The notes: generated from the letters alone by a model not told the origin. A stretch of DNA of 64,000 nucleotides from Gammaproteobacteria bacterium (GCA_003250975.1 QKIY01000028.1:195248-259247); one strand, 5' to 3'. Counted from the first letter of the stretch, positions 20,395-30,538 are shown. Made by a program: numbers and translations.

Positions 20395-21152
20395 AGGCGC
20401 AATCAGAGCACCCCGCTGCCAATGAAGGACAACAACCGCTGGTTGCCCACCTTATGGAACTCAGGCAACGCCTGCTCTATTGCCTGGTGGCTATTGTGCT
20501 GGTCTTTGCGGCCCTTTGTCCTTTTGCAAACATCCTTTACGGCCAAGTGGCGGCGCCTCTGATCAATCACCTCGCACCAGGCAACCAGATGATTGCGACG
20601 GAAGTGGCGGCAACATTTATCATTCCTATTAAGCTGGCCTTTTATCTGTCTCTAGTGATTGTCATGCCCTACCTGCTTTACCAAGGTTGGGCCTTTATCG
20701 CGCCTGGGCTTTATGAAACCGAAAAGCGTTTCGCCTTGCCGCTGCTCGTAATCAGTATCTTGCTATTTTATAGCGGGATCGCCTTCGCCTTTTTTATAGT
20801 CTTCCCTCTGTTGTTTGCCTTTTTTACTTCCGTGGCACCGGAAGGGGTTGCCGTAATGACAGATATCAGTCGATACCTGGATTTCATCATGAAGCTATTT
20901 TTAGCTTTTGGGCTGGCCTTTGAGGTACCGGTCGTCACACTGCTGATGTTGCGCACCGGGATAACTACCGTTGCGTCTCTGCGCAGGAACCGGCCCTATA
21001 TTATTGTGGGCGCCTTCGTGCTTGGGATGTTGCTCACGCCGCCGGACGTTGTGTCCCAGCTTCTGCTCGCCATGCCCCTGTGGTTGTTGTTTGAACTGGG
21101 CCTGCTGCTGGGCTACAGATATGCCGCGACGGGGGGCGCGGAAGAGGTTTAA
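20391..21152 (+). CDS. tatC: twin-arginine translocase TatC
   Basis: 6-TM protein; overlaps tatB stop. Confidence 0.9.
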   Translation: MKAQSEHPAANEGQQPLVAHLMELRQRLLYCLVAIVLVFAALCPFANILYGQVAAPLINHLAPGNQMIATEVAATFIIPIKLAFYLSLVIVMPYLLYQGWAFIAPGLYETEKRFALPLLVISILLFYSGIAFAFFIVFPLLFAFFTSVAPEGVAVMTDISRYLDFIMKLFLAFGLAFEVPVVTLLMLRTGITTVASLRRNRPYIIVGAFVLGMLLTPPDVVSQLLLAMPLWLLFELGLLLGYRYAATGGAEEV

Positions 21153-21161
21153 TCCACTGCC

Positions 21162-21623
21162 TCAGGATTGCTCCCACGGCAGGTTATGAAATCGCCAGCC
21201 ATTTATGGTGTTACGCTGGTTCTTACTGTCACGATCGCCCTCAAAGCCTTCTTCGATATTATAGACCTGCTGGAAACCGTCCTTTACCAGCGCCTCTGCC
21301 GCGTCCATTGACCGCTTGCCACTACGGCAAATGGTCATTACCGCCAGGCTTTCAATCCCCTCGTTTTTGCCCGTCCGCTTGCTGATAGCCTCTCTGACCA
21401 GTTTGACGAAATCAGGGTTGACTTCCCAGTCCGGCGCCTCTTTCCAGGGCACATGAATGGAGTCCATAGGGTGGCCGACGTATTGATACTCCATGGTGGT
21501 CCTGACATCGATCAATACTGCGCCAGTCTGTGACTGCAAAATCTCCCACGCCTCAGGGGGCGTGATCTCCGTTACCGCCGTGTTTCCCATAATTGTATCT
21601 GCCTGCCAGTAGTATCCACACAT
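21162..21623 (-). CDS. rhodanese-domain sulfurtransferase
   Basis: Active-site loop CRSGKRS with catalytic Cys; 153 aa. Confidence 0.75.
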   Translation of the reverse strand: MCGYYWQADTIMGNTAVTEITPPEAWEILQSQTGAVLIDVRTTMEYQYVGHPMDSIHVPWKEAPDWEVNPDFVKLVREAISKRTGKNEGIESLAVMTICRSGKRSMDAAEALVKDGFQQVYNIEEGFEGDRDSKNQRNTINGWRFHNLPWEQS

Positions 21624-21703
21624 CGATCATAGCAAACATATATCAATTTCCTGAATCATGAAATCACGGCAGACACAGCAAAAAACTTTGGCATATTGTG
21701 AGA

Positions 21704-21714
21704 TTGATATATCA
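21704..21714. promoter_or_regulatory. candidate ArsR-family operator: palindrome TTGATATATCA with two related half-copies nearby (21637..21648, 21721..21730)
   Basis: TGATATATCA is self-complementary. It lies in the 111-bp divergent region between the rhodanese and ArsR genes. Confidence 0.35.
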
Positions 21715-21734
21715 TAATTAGTCGATATATTTCA

Positions 21735-22082
21735 GTGTCCGGGACCGCGATGAGTGCCTCCGCAAAAAAACTGACAACACAGGATAACAGGCTGTTACCG
21801 CTTGATGATCTGAAGGTGGCGGCTGAATGGCTGAAGTGTGCTGCACATCCTCATCGCCTACGCATTATCGAGATCCTGTTACAGGGTGAGTATACCGTCG
21901 ACATGATCGCCAGCCAGTGTAAATTATCCCAGCCGGCCACCAGCGGGCACCTGCGCCTGATGGAGTCCAGGGGGTTGCTGGTGAGCGAGCGATCTGGTCG
22001 CACTGTTTACTATTCAGTCGCCGAACCTAAACTCAAGGCAATAATTGAGTGTATTAGAAGCGGAATCAAGATAAAAAAATAA
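21735..22082 (+). CDS. ArsR/SmtB-family transcriptional regulator, two-Cys (SqrR/BigR-like layout)
   Basis: Winged-HTH core (HPHRLRIIEILLQGEYTVDMIASQCKLSQPATSGHLRLMESRGLL). Cys just N-terminal of helix alpha2 (LKCAAHPHRL) and Cys near the C-terminus (IIECIRSG). Divergent from the rhodanese gene. Confidence 0.7.
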   Translation: MSGTAMSASAKKLTTQDNRLLPLDDLKVAAEWLKCAAHPHRLRIIEILLQGEYTVDMIASQCKLSQPATSGHLRLMESRGLLVSERSGRTVYYSVAEPKLKAIIECIRSGIKIKK

Positions 22083-22183
22083 CCCTCGACTTGCTTCCCT
22101 GATCCCGAAATTGTCAGAACACCTCGAGTTGTGGTGGAATAGCGAACTTACTGACCTGATTAATAATTATTGTTTGAGGAGAG

Positions 22184-23113
22184 TTGACGATGCCGATGAG
22201 CGATCGGGATGGCGTCATCTGGCTTGACGGGACTTTCGTCCCCTGGCGAGAAGCCAAGACTCATGTGTTAACACATACCCTGCATTATGGCATGGGGGTG
22301 TTCGAGGGCGTGCGCGCCTATGCAGCAGCAAATGGCACGGCTATCTTCAGGTTGTCGGATCACACCGACCGCTTGTTCCAGTCCGCGCATATCCTGCGCA
22401 TGAAGATCCCCTTTGACAAAGACACAATTAATCAGGCTTGTTGTGATTCCGTGAGCAAAAATAACCTGAAAAGTGCTTATATCCGCCCGATGTGTTTTTA
22501 CGGCGCCGAGGGGATGGGGCTGCATGCCGATAACCTCAAGGTCCATATGATTGTGGCCGCCTGGTCCTGGGGCTCCTATCTCGGCAAAGAGGCGCTGGAA
22601 AACGGGATCCGGATCAAGACCTCGTCCTTCACCCGCCACCATGTGAACATCACCATGTGCAAAGCCAAGGCCAACGGCAACTACCTAAACTCCATGCTCG
22701 CGACACAGGAAGCCCAGGATTGCGGTTATGATGAGGCGCTGTTGCTGGACAATGAAGGTTACGTGGCCGAGGGCAGTGGTGAAAATATTTTTATCGTCAG
22801 GCATGGCGAACTTATCACACCTGAATTGACCTCGGCGCTGGAAGGCATCACCCGCGACACCATCATAACACTGGCCACGGACCACGGTATCAAGATAAAG
22901 GAAAAGCGGATCACCCGTGATGAAGTCTATGCGGCCGATGAGGCCTTCTTTACCGGTACCGCGGCCGAGGTGACGCCGATCAGAGAACTGGATGGGCGGC
23001 AGATAGGCGCGGGCCATCGTGGTCCGATCACAGAGCAATTACAGTCCCTGTATTTCGATCAGGTTCATGGCCGCAGGAAACATTATGCCGACTGGCTGAC
23101 TTATACCGGATAG
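22184..23113 (+). CDS. ilvE: branched-chain amino acid aminotransferase
   Basis: Fold-type IV PLP enzyme; 309 aa. Confidence 0.9.
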   Translation: MTMPMSDRDGVIWLDGTFVPWREAKTHVLTHTLHYGMGVFEGVRAYAAANGTAIFRLSDHTDRLFQSAHILRMKIPFDKDTINQACCDSVSKNNLKSAYIRPMCFYGAEGMGLHADNLKVHMIVAAWSWGSYLGKEALENGIRIKTSSFTRHHVNITMCKAKANGNYLNSMLATQEAQDCGYDEALLLDNEGYVAEGSGENIFIVRHGELITPELTSALEGITRDTIITLATDHGIKIKEKRITRDEVYAADEAFFTGTAAEVTPIRELDGRQIGAGHRGPITEQLQSLYFDQVHGRRKHYADWLTYTG

Positions 23114-23120
23114 GAGACTT

Positions 23121-23339
23121 ATGAGTACGACCCGACAGTTACACGAAGGCAAGACCCCCAATGACCAGCGGCATTACACTGTGCAGAAAAAAGACCTGCC
23201 GCTGCATTGCCCGCTGCCGGATATGACCCTGTGGAATTCCCACCCTAAGGTGTTTCTGCCCATCGAAGACACCGGCGAAGCGAAATGCCCTTACTGCGGC
23301 GCTGAATTTACCCTGGCCGATGAAACCTCAGCGGGCTGA
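23121..23339 (+). CDS. small zinc-finger (CHCC-type) domain protein
   Basis: LHCPLPD...CPYCGAEF motif; 72 aa. Confidence 0.5.
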   Translation: MSTTRQLHEGKTPNDQRHYTVQKKDLPLHCPLPDMTLWNSHPKVFLPIEDTGEAKCPYCGAEFTLADETSAG

Positions 23340-23372
23340 CGGCCACCGTTTAATACTGATAACCACGGGTTA

Positions 23373-24284
23373 ATGGTTGTCTGGCGAATATATGACGGCA
23401 AGCCGGGTCACGATAACCAGAGCCGGGGCCTTGTTAACGCTTTAACAGGACTGGGCCCTTCGCTCCGCTGTATCGATATCCCGGCAGAAAAACTCCGTGC
23501 CGGGGCGATAAATCTTCTTCTCGGCCGATACCCTCCGGGCAAAGACCTCGATCCACCGGACCTGATCATCGGCGCAGGTCACCGGACCCACCTTTCGCTG
23601 CTCTGTGCAAAACGGGCATATGGCGGAAAGACCGTGGTCATAATGAGGCCTTCGCTGCCCTCCGGGTTGTTTGATTTCGCGATCATTCCGGCTCACGACC
23701 GTTCCCGTCCCTCAGCACACACCCTGATCACCGAGGGAGCCATAAACCCGTTAACGCCCACCGCAGAACACGACATGGACCGGGGGGTGATCCTGCTGGG
23801 GGGGCCGTCGAAACATTATGAGTGGGATGGCCAGGAGATGCTGGGCCGGATCAGGACTATCCTTGAACGGGACTCATACATACACTGGGATATCACCGAC
23901 TCGCCTCGGACACCGTACGGCTTCTCCACGGAACTGGTGAGGCTGGCGGCAGATAATGCCAAGTTTCATTCATGGCGGGACGTCGGACGCGACTGGTTGC
24001 CTCAACAACTGCAAGAGGTTGGTTTTGCCTGGGTAAGCGAGGACAGCATCTCCATGGTATACGAGTCACTGACCGCAGGGGCCGCAACGGGTATACTCAG
24101 CTGCAGGCAAAAAAGGCCGGGGAAGATCCCCGCGAATATCAAGCGGCTGCAGGAAAAAGGCATGATCACGGCCTATGGGGACTGGTTGTCAGGCGCGAAT
24201 CTTACGCCCCCGGTGGAACAGCTGAATGAAGCAGGTCGCGCCGCGAACTGGCTCCTAGAAGGTCTTGCTTTACATACCGGATAA
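23373..24284 (+). CDS. ELM1/DUF1022-family protein (predicted nucleotide-sugar/glycosyl-transfer related)
   Basis: N-terminus VVWRIYDGKPGHDNQSRGLVNAL resembles the bacterial Mito_fiss_Elm1 (DUF1022) consensus; adjacent to two GT4 genes. Confidence 0.5.
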   Translation: MVVWRIYDGKPGHDNQSRGLVNALTGLGPSLRCIDIPAEKLRAGAINLLLGRYPPGKDLDPPDLIIGAGHRTHLSLLCAKRAYGGKTVVIMRPSLPSGLFDFAIIPAHDRSRPSAHTLITEGAINPLTPTAEHDMDRGVILLGGPSKHYEWDGQEMLGRIRTILERDSYIHWDITDSPRTPYGFSTELVRLAADNAKFHSWRDVGRDWLPQQLQEVGFAWVSEDSISMVYESLTAGAATGILSCRQKRPGKIPANIKRLQEKGMITAYGDWLSGANLTPPVEQLNEAGRAANWLLEGLALHTG

Positions 24285-24313
24285 ACGTCCGCACATAATC
24301 AACCGGAGTCAAT

Positions 24314-25435
24314 ATGCGTTTGACCGTCGTCCAGACCCTGCCCGCGCTCGATAGCGGTGGCGTTGAGCGCGGCACGCTGGAAGTGGCGGCGGAACTGGTC
24401 AGGCGCGGCCACCGCTCAATTGTTATCTCAGCAGGCGGGCGGCTGGTTGAACAACTTGTCAGGGAAGGCAGTGAGCATGTCGTCTTGCCCATTGGCCACA
24501 AGTCATTGCTGACAATAAGACACGCCGGGGCTGTCAGGCACATATTGCAAAAAGAACACGCAACCATCCTCCATACCCGCTCAAGACTACCGGCATGGGT
24601 ATCTTGGCTTGCCTGGCGCAGCATGGATAAAAACAACCGCCCTGCATTCATAACAACCGTGCACGGCCTTTATTCCGTCAACCCCTACAGCGCCATCATG
24701 ACCAAAGGCGATAAAGTCATCGCAGTATCAGAATGCGTTCGGGACTACATACTCGAAAATTACAAGGACGTCGATAAAGACAGGATAGAAATCATCCATC
24801 GCGGAGTAGACCCTGAAGTTTACAACAGTGACTTCAGCCCGTCCCCGCAATGGCTCGATGACTGGCAAAGACACTATCCCGAATTGAAAGGGAAGTTTAC
24901 CGTGGTGTTGCCGGCACGACTGACACGGCTCAAAGGGCACGAAGATTTTATAAGAATTATAAAGGCAGTTGCCGACAGCGGGGTTCCTGTGCACGGGGTG
25001 ATTGCGGGCGGCGCACATCCCCGGAAACGACACTACCTCAGGGAGATTGAATCGAATGCAGACCGGCTCGGCATACGCGATCGGATTATTTTTCTGGGCC
25101 ACCGGGACGACCTCCGTGAGGTCATGGCGGTGTCCGATGTTGTCATGTCTCTATCCGGCAAACCCGAGTCTTTTGGACGCACGGTACTGGAGTCACTCAG
25201 CCTCGGGACCCCTGTCATTGCCTATGATCATGGAGGGGTGAGCGAAATCCTGCGCGAGACGTTCCCCGAGGGCCTGGTCCAGGTCCACGACGTAGACGGT
25301 GCCGCCAGCAAACTTATAGCCTTCTACCGAAATAGACCGACGGTTTTGCGAGAGAACCCTTTTACACTGTCAGCTTTGCTTGATAAAACGATCGCACTTT
25401 ATGAATGCGTTGCACAGAACAGACAAGGGACCTGA
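24314..25435 (+). CDS. glycosyltransferase family 4 (GT-B), LPS-core-like
   Basis: N-terminal sugar-acceptor domain; C-terminal GT1/GT4 region (ESFGRTVLESLSLGTPVIAYDHGG). Confidence 0.8.
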   Translation: MRLTVVQTLPALDSGGVERGTLEVAAELVRRGHRSIVISAGGRLVEQLVREGSEHVVLPIGHKSLLTIRHAGAVRHILQKEHATILHTRSRLPAWVSWLAWRSMDKNNRPAFITTVHGLYSVNPYSAIMTKGDKVIAVSECVRDYILENYKDVDKDRIEIIHRGVDPEVYNSDFSPSPQWLDDWQRHYPELKGKFTVVLPARLTRLKGHEDFIRIIKAVADSGVPVHGVIAGGAHPRKRHYLREIESNADRLGIRDRIIFLGHRDDLREVMAVSDVVMSLSGKPESFGRTVLESLSLGTPVIAYDHGGVSEILRETFPEGLVQVHDVDGAASKLIAFYRNRPTVLRENPFTLSALLDKTIALYECVAQNRQGT

Positions 25436-25498
25436 ACGTATAATTATTTATTCCTATTACGGGTATTAAAAAAATAATACGGCGTTTTTGTATCAGAC

Positions 25499-26608
25499 AT
25501 GATCATCATATCGACACAATGTTTTCCACCGATCATCGGGGGCATTGAAAATCTCGTCTATAACCTGGCGCTGCATTTATCTATCCACGGTTATGATGTG
25601 ATCGTATTTGCTGATGCCTCGAAATGCGATGACCACGCCTTCGATAGAGAACAGCCTTTTCAGATCAGGCGCTTTTCGGGCTGGAAACCGCTGCGCAGGA
25701 GAAGAAAGGCGCGTGCCATACACCATCTACTGAAACAGGGCCAGTGTACTGCACTGATTACGGATTCCTGGAAGAGTCTTGAGCTGATCAGAACCGGCTT
25801 TAATGTCCCCCGGCTTTGTCTCGCGCATGGCACCGAATTCCCCTCCCATCCGAACAATGTAAAACTACAGCGCATAAAACGAGCTCTGTCAAAAGCGTCC
25901 ACTATTGTTGCCAACTCAAACTATACCGCATCCAGGATCTCTCTGTTTGTAGAAAACCAGAACAGGATTAACGTCATCTATCCGGGTATTTGCCGTTTTA
26001 CGGATCCCCCTGAAGAAATTATTAATCCGATCAAGACCAGGCTAAGCGGTCATAAGCCCGTACTGATCAGCGTTGGCAGGATAGAAAAACGAAAAGGCAT
26101 GGACACAGTATTGCGTGTATTGCCCGAACTACTGCAAGATTTCCCCGGCCTGATCTACGTCATTATCGGATCTGGTTCGCAAAAAGATGAACTACAGGCC
26201 TTGGCCAGTGCGCTTGGGCTCAGTAACCATGTTTTCTTTCTTGGGTTCCAGAACATGGATGCACGGAATAGCTGGCTGAAGTGTTCCGATGTCTTTATCC
26301 TCCCGGTGCGTCAGGAAAAAGATGATGTGGAAGGTTTCGGTATGGTCTTTACGGAGGCCGCAGTATTCGGCATCCCGGCCGTCGCCGGCAATTCGGGCGG
26401 CGCCAGGGAGGCGGTGATCCATAAAGAAACCGGCCTGGTGTGTGATGGCAATGACCCAGTGTCTGTCGCAAGCGCTATACGACAGCTGCTTGAAAACGAA
26501 ACCCTGAGAAAGTCGCTGGGAGAAAATGCGCGTCAAAGGGCTGAATCGTTACTCTGGGATAATACCATTAAGGAATATATCAGACTGTTAGGCCAAGAAA
26601 ACGCATAA
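25499..26608 (+). CDS. glycosyltransferase family 4
   Basis: EGFGMVFTEAAVFGIPAVAGNSGG (E-x7-E-like donor motif); 369 aa. Confidence 0.8.
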   Translation: MIIISTQCFPPIIGGIENLVYNLALHLSIHGYDVIVFADASKCDDHAFDREQPFQIRRFSGWKPLRRRRKARAIHHLLKQGQCTALITDSWKSLELIRTGFNVPRLCLAHGTEFPSHPNNVKLQRIKRALSKASTIVANSNYTASRISLFVENQNRINVIYPGICRFTDPPEEIINPIKTRLSGHKPVLISVGRIEKRKGMDTVLRVLPELLQDFPGLIYVIIGSGSQKDELQALASALGLSNHVFFLGFQNMDARNSWLKCSDVFILPVRQEKDDVEGFGMVFTEAAVFGIPAVAGNSGGAREAVIHKETGLVCDGNDPVSVASAIRQLLENETLRKSLGENARQRAESLLWDNTIKEYIRLLGQENA

Positions 26609-26621
26609 GAACCTTGTCTAA

Positions 26622-27971
26622 TTATTTGCCGATACAGAATTCCGAAAAGATCTTGTTCAGCAGGTCATCTGCCACGAACTCGCCGGTAATCTCACCCAGT
26701 GTACGATGTGCCTGCCGTAAATCTTCTGCCAATAATTCTGCTGCCCTGTGATCGCCATAAGCCTTCAGGGCGTCTTCCAGGATAAGCCGTGCACGGCCCA
26801 GTGAATCAAGATGGCGTTTCCTTGCCATGAAAGTGTCTTCGGATATATCCAGTATGCCCAGATAGTCTTTCAAGTGATCGATTAGGAGACCATATCCTTC
26901 CCCCGTTTTCGCTGACAAACGGATGTTTACACTGTTGCCTTTTTTCATTATGCCCGGCTTGCTCCCACTAAGATCGATCTTGTTATGCAGGGTGATTATA
27001 TGAATATTGTCCCCTAGGGAATTTATCAGCGCTGTTTCCTCCTGATCAGTCTCCTTGCCATCTTCCGTTACCAGGATAATGATATCCGCAGACATTGCAG
27101 CATGCCTGGCCCTTTTTATCCCCTCCATCTCGACGCGGCTGTCCGTTATTCGCAGGCCTGCTGTATCAACTATGTGTGCAGGGACCCCTTCGATTAATAT
27201 ATCCCTCTCGATAAGATCGCGGGTGGTCCCGGGCTCTTCGGTCACTATAGCGACATCACTTCCCGCCATCCGGTTAAGCAGTGTGGATTTGCCTGCATTC
27301 GTTCTGCCGGTAATAACAATGTTTACGCCTTCATTCAGTAACGACCCTGTCCTGGCTCGTGCAAGTATTTTCTGCAGCGTCGCAATACAGCTCTTTACCC
27401 TTTCTTCAAGTTCGTCTGCATTTATAAAGTTGATTTCCTCTTCCGGAAAATCGAGGGCACTCTCAATAAACATACGGATCGCTATCAACTCTTCCTGCAG
27501 CGAAGCGATGGCTTTCGAGAAATTACCAGACAAGGACCTGATTGCACTTCGGGCGGCCTGATCGGAAACTGCATTGATCAGGTCTGCGACCGCCTCAGCT
27601 TGTAGCAGATCAATCTTGTCATTATGAAATGCCCTCTGGGTGAACTCCCCGGGCACAGCGAGCCTTGCGCCTGCGCGTACTATCCGCTTCAACAAGGATT
27701 CGAGCACAACGCGGCTGCAATGGGCATGAAGTTCGAGAATATCTTCACCTGTATAGGACCCGGGACCTGGAAAGTAGATCGCCAGTCCAGAGTCAATAAC
27801 GGATTGGTCCTCGGCGAGAAAGTTACAGTAATGAGCTGTCCTTGGCTGCAGTGCGCGATCGAGTAGCGAGTGGATAATGGTCTTCACCTGTGGGCCCGAG
27901 ACGCGGACAATACCAATCCCGCCCTTGCCGGGCGGTGTAGCAATGGCGGCGATGGTGTCAGTTTTCATCAC
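26622..27971 (-). CDS. mnmE: tRNA modification GTPase MnmE
   Basis: IAAIATPPGKGGIGIVRVSGP N-terminus, G-domain (GRTNAGKSTL, DTAG), C-terminal CIGK. Confidence 0.95.
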   Translation of the reverse strand: MMKTDTIAAIATPPGKGGIGIVRVSGPQVKTIIHSLLDRALQPRTAHYCNFLAEDQSVIDSGLAIYFPGPGSYTGEDILELHAHCSRVVLESLLKRIVRAGARLAVPGEFTQRAFHNDKIDLLQAEAVADLINAVSDQAARSAIRSLSGNFSKAIASLQEELIAIRMFIESALDFPEEEINFINADELEERVKSCIATLQKILARARTGSLLNEGVNIVITGRTNAGKSTLLNRMAGSDVAIVTEEPGTTRDLIERDILIEGVPAHIVDTAGLRITDSRVEMEGIKRARHAAMSADIIILVTEDGKETDQEETALINSLGDNIHIITLHNKIDLSGSKPGIMKKGNSVNIRLSAKTGEGYGLLIDHLKDYLGILDISEDTFMARKRHLDSLGRARLILEDALKAYGDHRAAELLAEDLRQAHRTLGEITGEFVADDLLNKIFSEFCIGK

Positions 27972-27996
27972 CAGCGTTCAAGTTAAGTTGAGCGTA

Positions 27997-29652
27997 TCAG
28001 GTCTTGAGGCCCGATCGTTCCATGTTACGCACGATCAGCCACTGTTGCGCTATCGACAGGATGTTGTTAACCACCCAGTACAGGACCAGGCCGGACGGGA
28101 AAAAGGCAAAGAATACCGTAAACACGAACGGCAGGGTCATCATAACCTTTTCCTGTACCGGGTCCATAGGTGCCGGATTGAGTTTCTGCTGGATAAACAT
28201 GGTCACACCCATGACAACAGGCAGAATAAAATACGGATCAGGCGTCGACAGGTCCTTTAACCAGAAGATAAATCCCGACTGGCGCAACTCAACGCTCTCC
28301 AGCAATACCCAGTACAAGGCGATGAACACCGGGATCTGGATCAGGATCGGGAAACAGCCACCCAACGGATTGATCTTCTCTTCCTTGTAGATATCCATCA
28401 TGGCCTTGTTAAGCCTTGCCCGATCATTCTTGTAGCGTTCCTTGATCGCAACCAGCCTGGGCTGGACTCTGCGCATATTTGCCATGGATTTATAACCCGC
28501 GGCTGACAGGTTATAGAACAACAGCTTCAGCATCAGGGTAACCAGAATAATGGACCAGCCCCAGTTATTGGTGAAATGGTGAAACTGCTGTAGACACCAG
28601 AATAACGGTTTAGCAATAAACCACAACATGCCGTAATCAACCGTGAGTTCCAGATTAGGCGCTATAGCCTCCAGTTTTGATTGTATCTTGGGACCCAGGT
28701 AGAGCTTTTCCTCAAACAGACCCGATTCACCGGCTGACACCGTCTTTTGTGGCGATGTCATTCCGATCACGTAACGGGGCACTCCAAGCCCGCTGGTTCT
28801 TGGATCTAGATAAAGGGTGTAATAGTTATAGACATCACTTGAAGACCCGGGGATCAACGCGGTCACGAAATAATGTTGAATCATTGCGGCCCAGCCACCC
28901 GCAAAACTCCGCGACAGCTTTTCCTCTTCTATGTCATCGAGTGATATCTTTTCATAGCGGTTTTCATCGCTGGAGATAACGGCACCGGTATAGGTATACA
29001 CCATCCCGCTTTTACGCTTCGGTGCCGGTGTGCGCTGAAGCTGGTTATAGGCGCGACCGGACCATGCCGCTTCGCTCTGATTGGTCACCTCATATTTTAC
29101 CGTGATCAGGTGTTTGTCTCTTTGAAACCGAAAGGTCTTTTTCACCCTGATCCCTGAATCGTCTTCCCAGTAAAGCGGAACTTCCAGTATGTCCTCATCG
29201 TCGCTCATACGGTAAATGGATTGCGGCGAGGAGAATGCCGCCGTATGTGTTGGTGCAGGCCCCTTGCTCAGTAAACCACCCTGGGCGATATAGACAAGGG
29301 TCTCGTCATTATTCAGCAGGTGTACCGGCTTATCCGGTTCATCGAGGGATAGTGAATAGTCCAGCAGGTCGGCCCTGTATATTGTTCCTCCCTGAGTACC
29401 TATCTTTATCCGGAAAACATCGGTAATGACCTCTATTCCCTCTTCCGGTGCTTTTTCCTCTACCGATACCGCCGGGCTGTCAGCCTCATCAGTGACGATC
29501 TCGGGCAGGTCTGCCGGCTTGTCTGCGCCAGTCTCTGCTGTGACGGTCTCTTCTTCAGCCTTGAAGTCACCATAGTCCCGTTGCCAGGCATCCCATAACA
29601 ACATGATCACCAGACTGAGTGCTACGACTAGAATGAAACGCGTCTTATCCAT
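27997..29652 (-). CDS. yidC: membrane protein insertase YidC
   Basis: 551 aa; large periplasmic P1 domain then 5-TM core. Confidence 0.95.
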   Translation of the reverse strand: MDKTRFILVVALSLVIMLLWDAWQRDYGDFKAEEETVTAETGADKPADLPEIVTDEADSPAVSVEEKAPEEGIEVITDVFRIKIGTQGGTIYRADLLDYSLSLDEPDKPVHLLNNDETLVYIAQGGLLSKGPAPTHTAAFSSPQSIYRMSDDEDILEVPLYWEDDSGIRVKKTFRFQRDKHLITVKYEVTNQSEAAWSGRAYNQLQRTPAPKRKSGMVYTYTGAVISSDENRYEKISLDDIEEEKLSRSFAGGWAAMIQHYFVTALIPGSSSDVYNYYTLYLDPRTSGLGVPRYVIGMTSPQKTVSAGESGLFEEKLYLGPKIQSKLEAIAPNLELTVDYGMLWFIAKPLFWCLQQFHHFTNNWGWSIILVTLMLKLLFYNLSAAGYKSMANMRRVQPRLVAIKERYKNDRARLNKAMMDIYKEEKINPLGGCFPILIQIPVFIALYWVLLESVELRQSGFIFWLKDLSTPDPYFILPVVMGVTMFIQQKLNPAPMDPVQEKVMMTLPFVFTVFFAFFPSGLVLYWVVNNILSIAQQWLIVRNMERSGLKT

Positions 29653-29873
29653 TATTCAGTTACCGGGTCTACCGGGTCATAACCACCGGGATGATAGGGA
29701 TGACAGCGGCAGATCCGCCAGAGGGTTTTGAGACTTCCCTTGATGACACCGTGTTTCCTGATTGCCTCTTCCGCATAACAGGAGCAGCTGGGATAAAACC
29801 GGCAACACGGCCCGGTTAGCGGGCTGATAAGATAGGCATAACAACGGATAATTGTGATGATTATTGTTTGCAT
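29652..29873 (-). CDS. yidD: membrane protein insertion efficiency factor YidD
   Basis: CRFYPSCS...HPGGYDPV signature; 73 aa; 1-nt overlap with yidC start. Confidence 0.85.
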   Translation of the reverse strand: MQTIIITIIRCYAYLISPLTGPCCRFYPSCSCYAEEAIRKHGVIKGSLKTLWRICRCHPYHPGGYDPVDPVTE

Positions 29874-30220
29874 TTACACAATTTTTGCCAGTGTCCCTGG
29901 AGCGATTCACTTATTTCTTTATTGGTAGGCCTGCCTGGATTCTTGTTAGTCATTACCACAATATCAAGCCCGGTCAGCATCTCTTGATCTCGTCGAAAAC
30001 TTTCCCTGATCAACCGTTTAATCCTGTTCCTGTCTACGGCCTTTTTTACCCATTTTCTTGAGATTGCCATTCCCAGGCGAGCATGATCCAGACTATTCTT
30101 GCTGGCTATAACAACAAAATACCTGTCTACAGAACGGTCCTTGGAGCGGAATGCCCGTTTAAAGTCTGATGGATTATTTAGTCTGCTCTGCTTAGCAAAT
30201 CTTTCGCTTTGCCTGAGCAC
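29861..30220 (-). CDS. rnpA: RNase P protein component
   Basis: Basic 119-aa protein in canonical rpmH-rnpA-yidD-yidC order. Confidence 0.85.
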   Translation of the reverse strand: MLRQSERFAKQSRLNNPSDFKRAFRSKDRSVDRYFVVIASKNSLDHARLGMAISRKWVKKAVDRNRIKRLIRESFRRDQEMLTGLDIVVMTNKNPGRPTNKEISESLQGHWQKLCKCKQ

Positions 30221-30224
30221 ATTA

Positions 30225-30359
30225 CTAAACAGATAAGCGCTTGCGGCCCTTGGCCCTGCGTGCCTTGATCACATCACGTCCGCCCTTGGTCGCCATACGG
30301 CTGCGAAAACCGTGCGTGCGTTGTCTCTTAAGTTTGCTTGGCTGGTAAGTACGTTTCAT
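30225..30359 (-). CDS. rpmH: 50S ribosomal protein L34
   Basis: Manual minus-strand translation: [44 protein letters not shown] (44 aa), near-universal L34 sequence. It is below the ORF-track size cutoff. Confidence 0.93.
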   Translation of the reverse strand: MKRTYQPSKLKRQRTHGFRSRMATKGGRDVIKARRAKGRKRLSV

Positions 30360-30491
30360 TTTCAGGGTCCTGTCGGGATCACAGGGCGCTTCCGCCTCAA
30401 TAAAAGGCGGCTATCATACTGGTCTGCCAACAATCTTGTCAATTTCGCGATATTTTCCTGCAAAATGCCCGCCAATAACCATTCATGTGCT

Positions 30492-30500
30492 TGTGGATAA
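30492..30500 (-). promoter_or_regulatory. DnaA box TGTGGATAA (perfect TTATCCACA on minus strand) in rpmH-dnaA intergenic
   Basis: Exact 9-mer consensus match ~70 bp upstream of the dnaA GTG start. Confidence 0.6.
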
Positions 30501-30538
30501 CTTTTCGTTTCAGGTATAAACTTCTCAACCTTCCCTGT

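Noticed and set aside
27055-27561. 168-aa + strand ORF inside mnmE
   Set aside because: Antisense to the mnmE G-domain.
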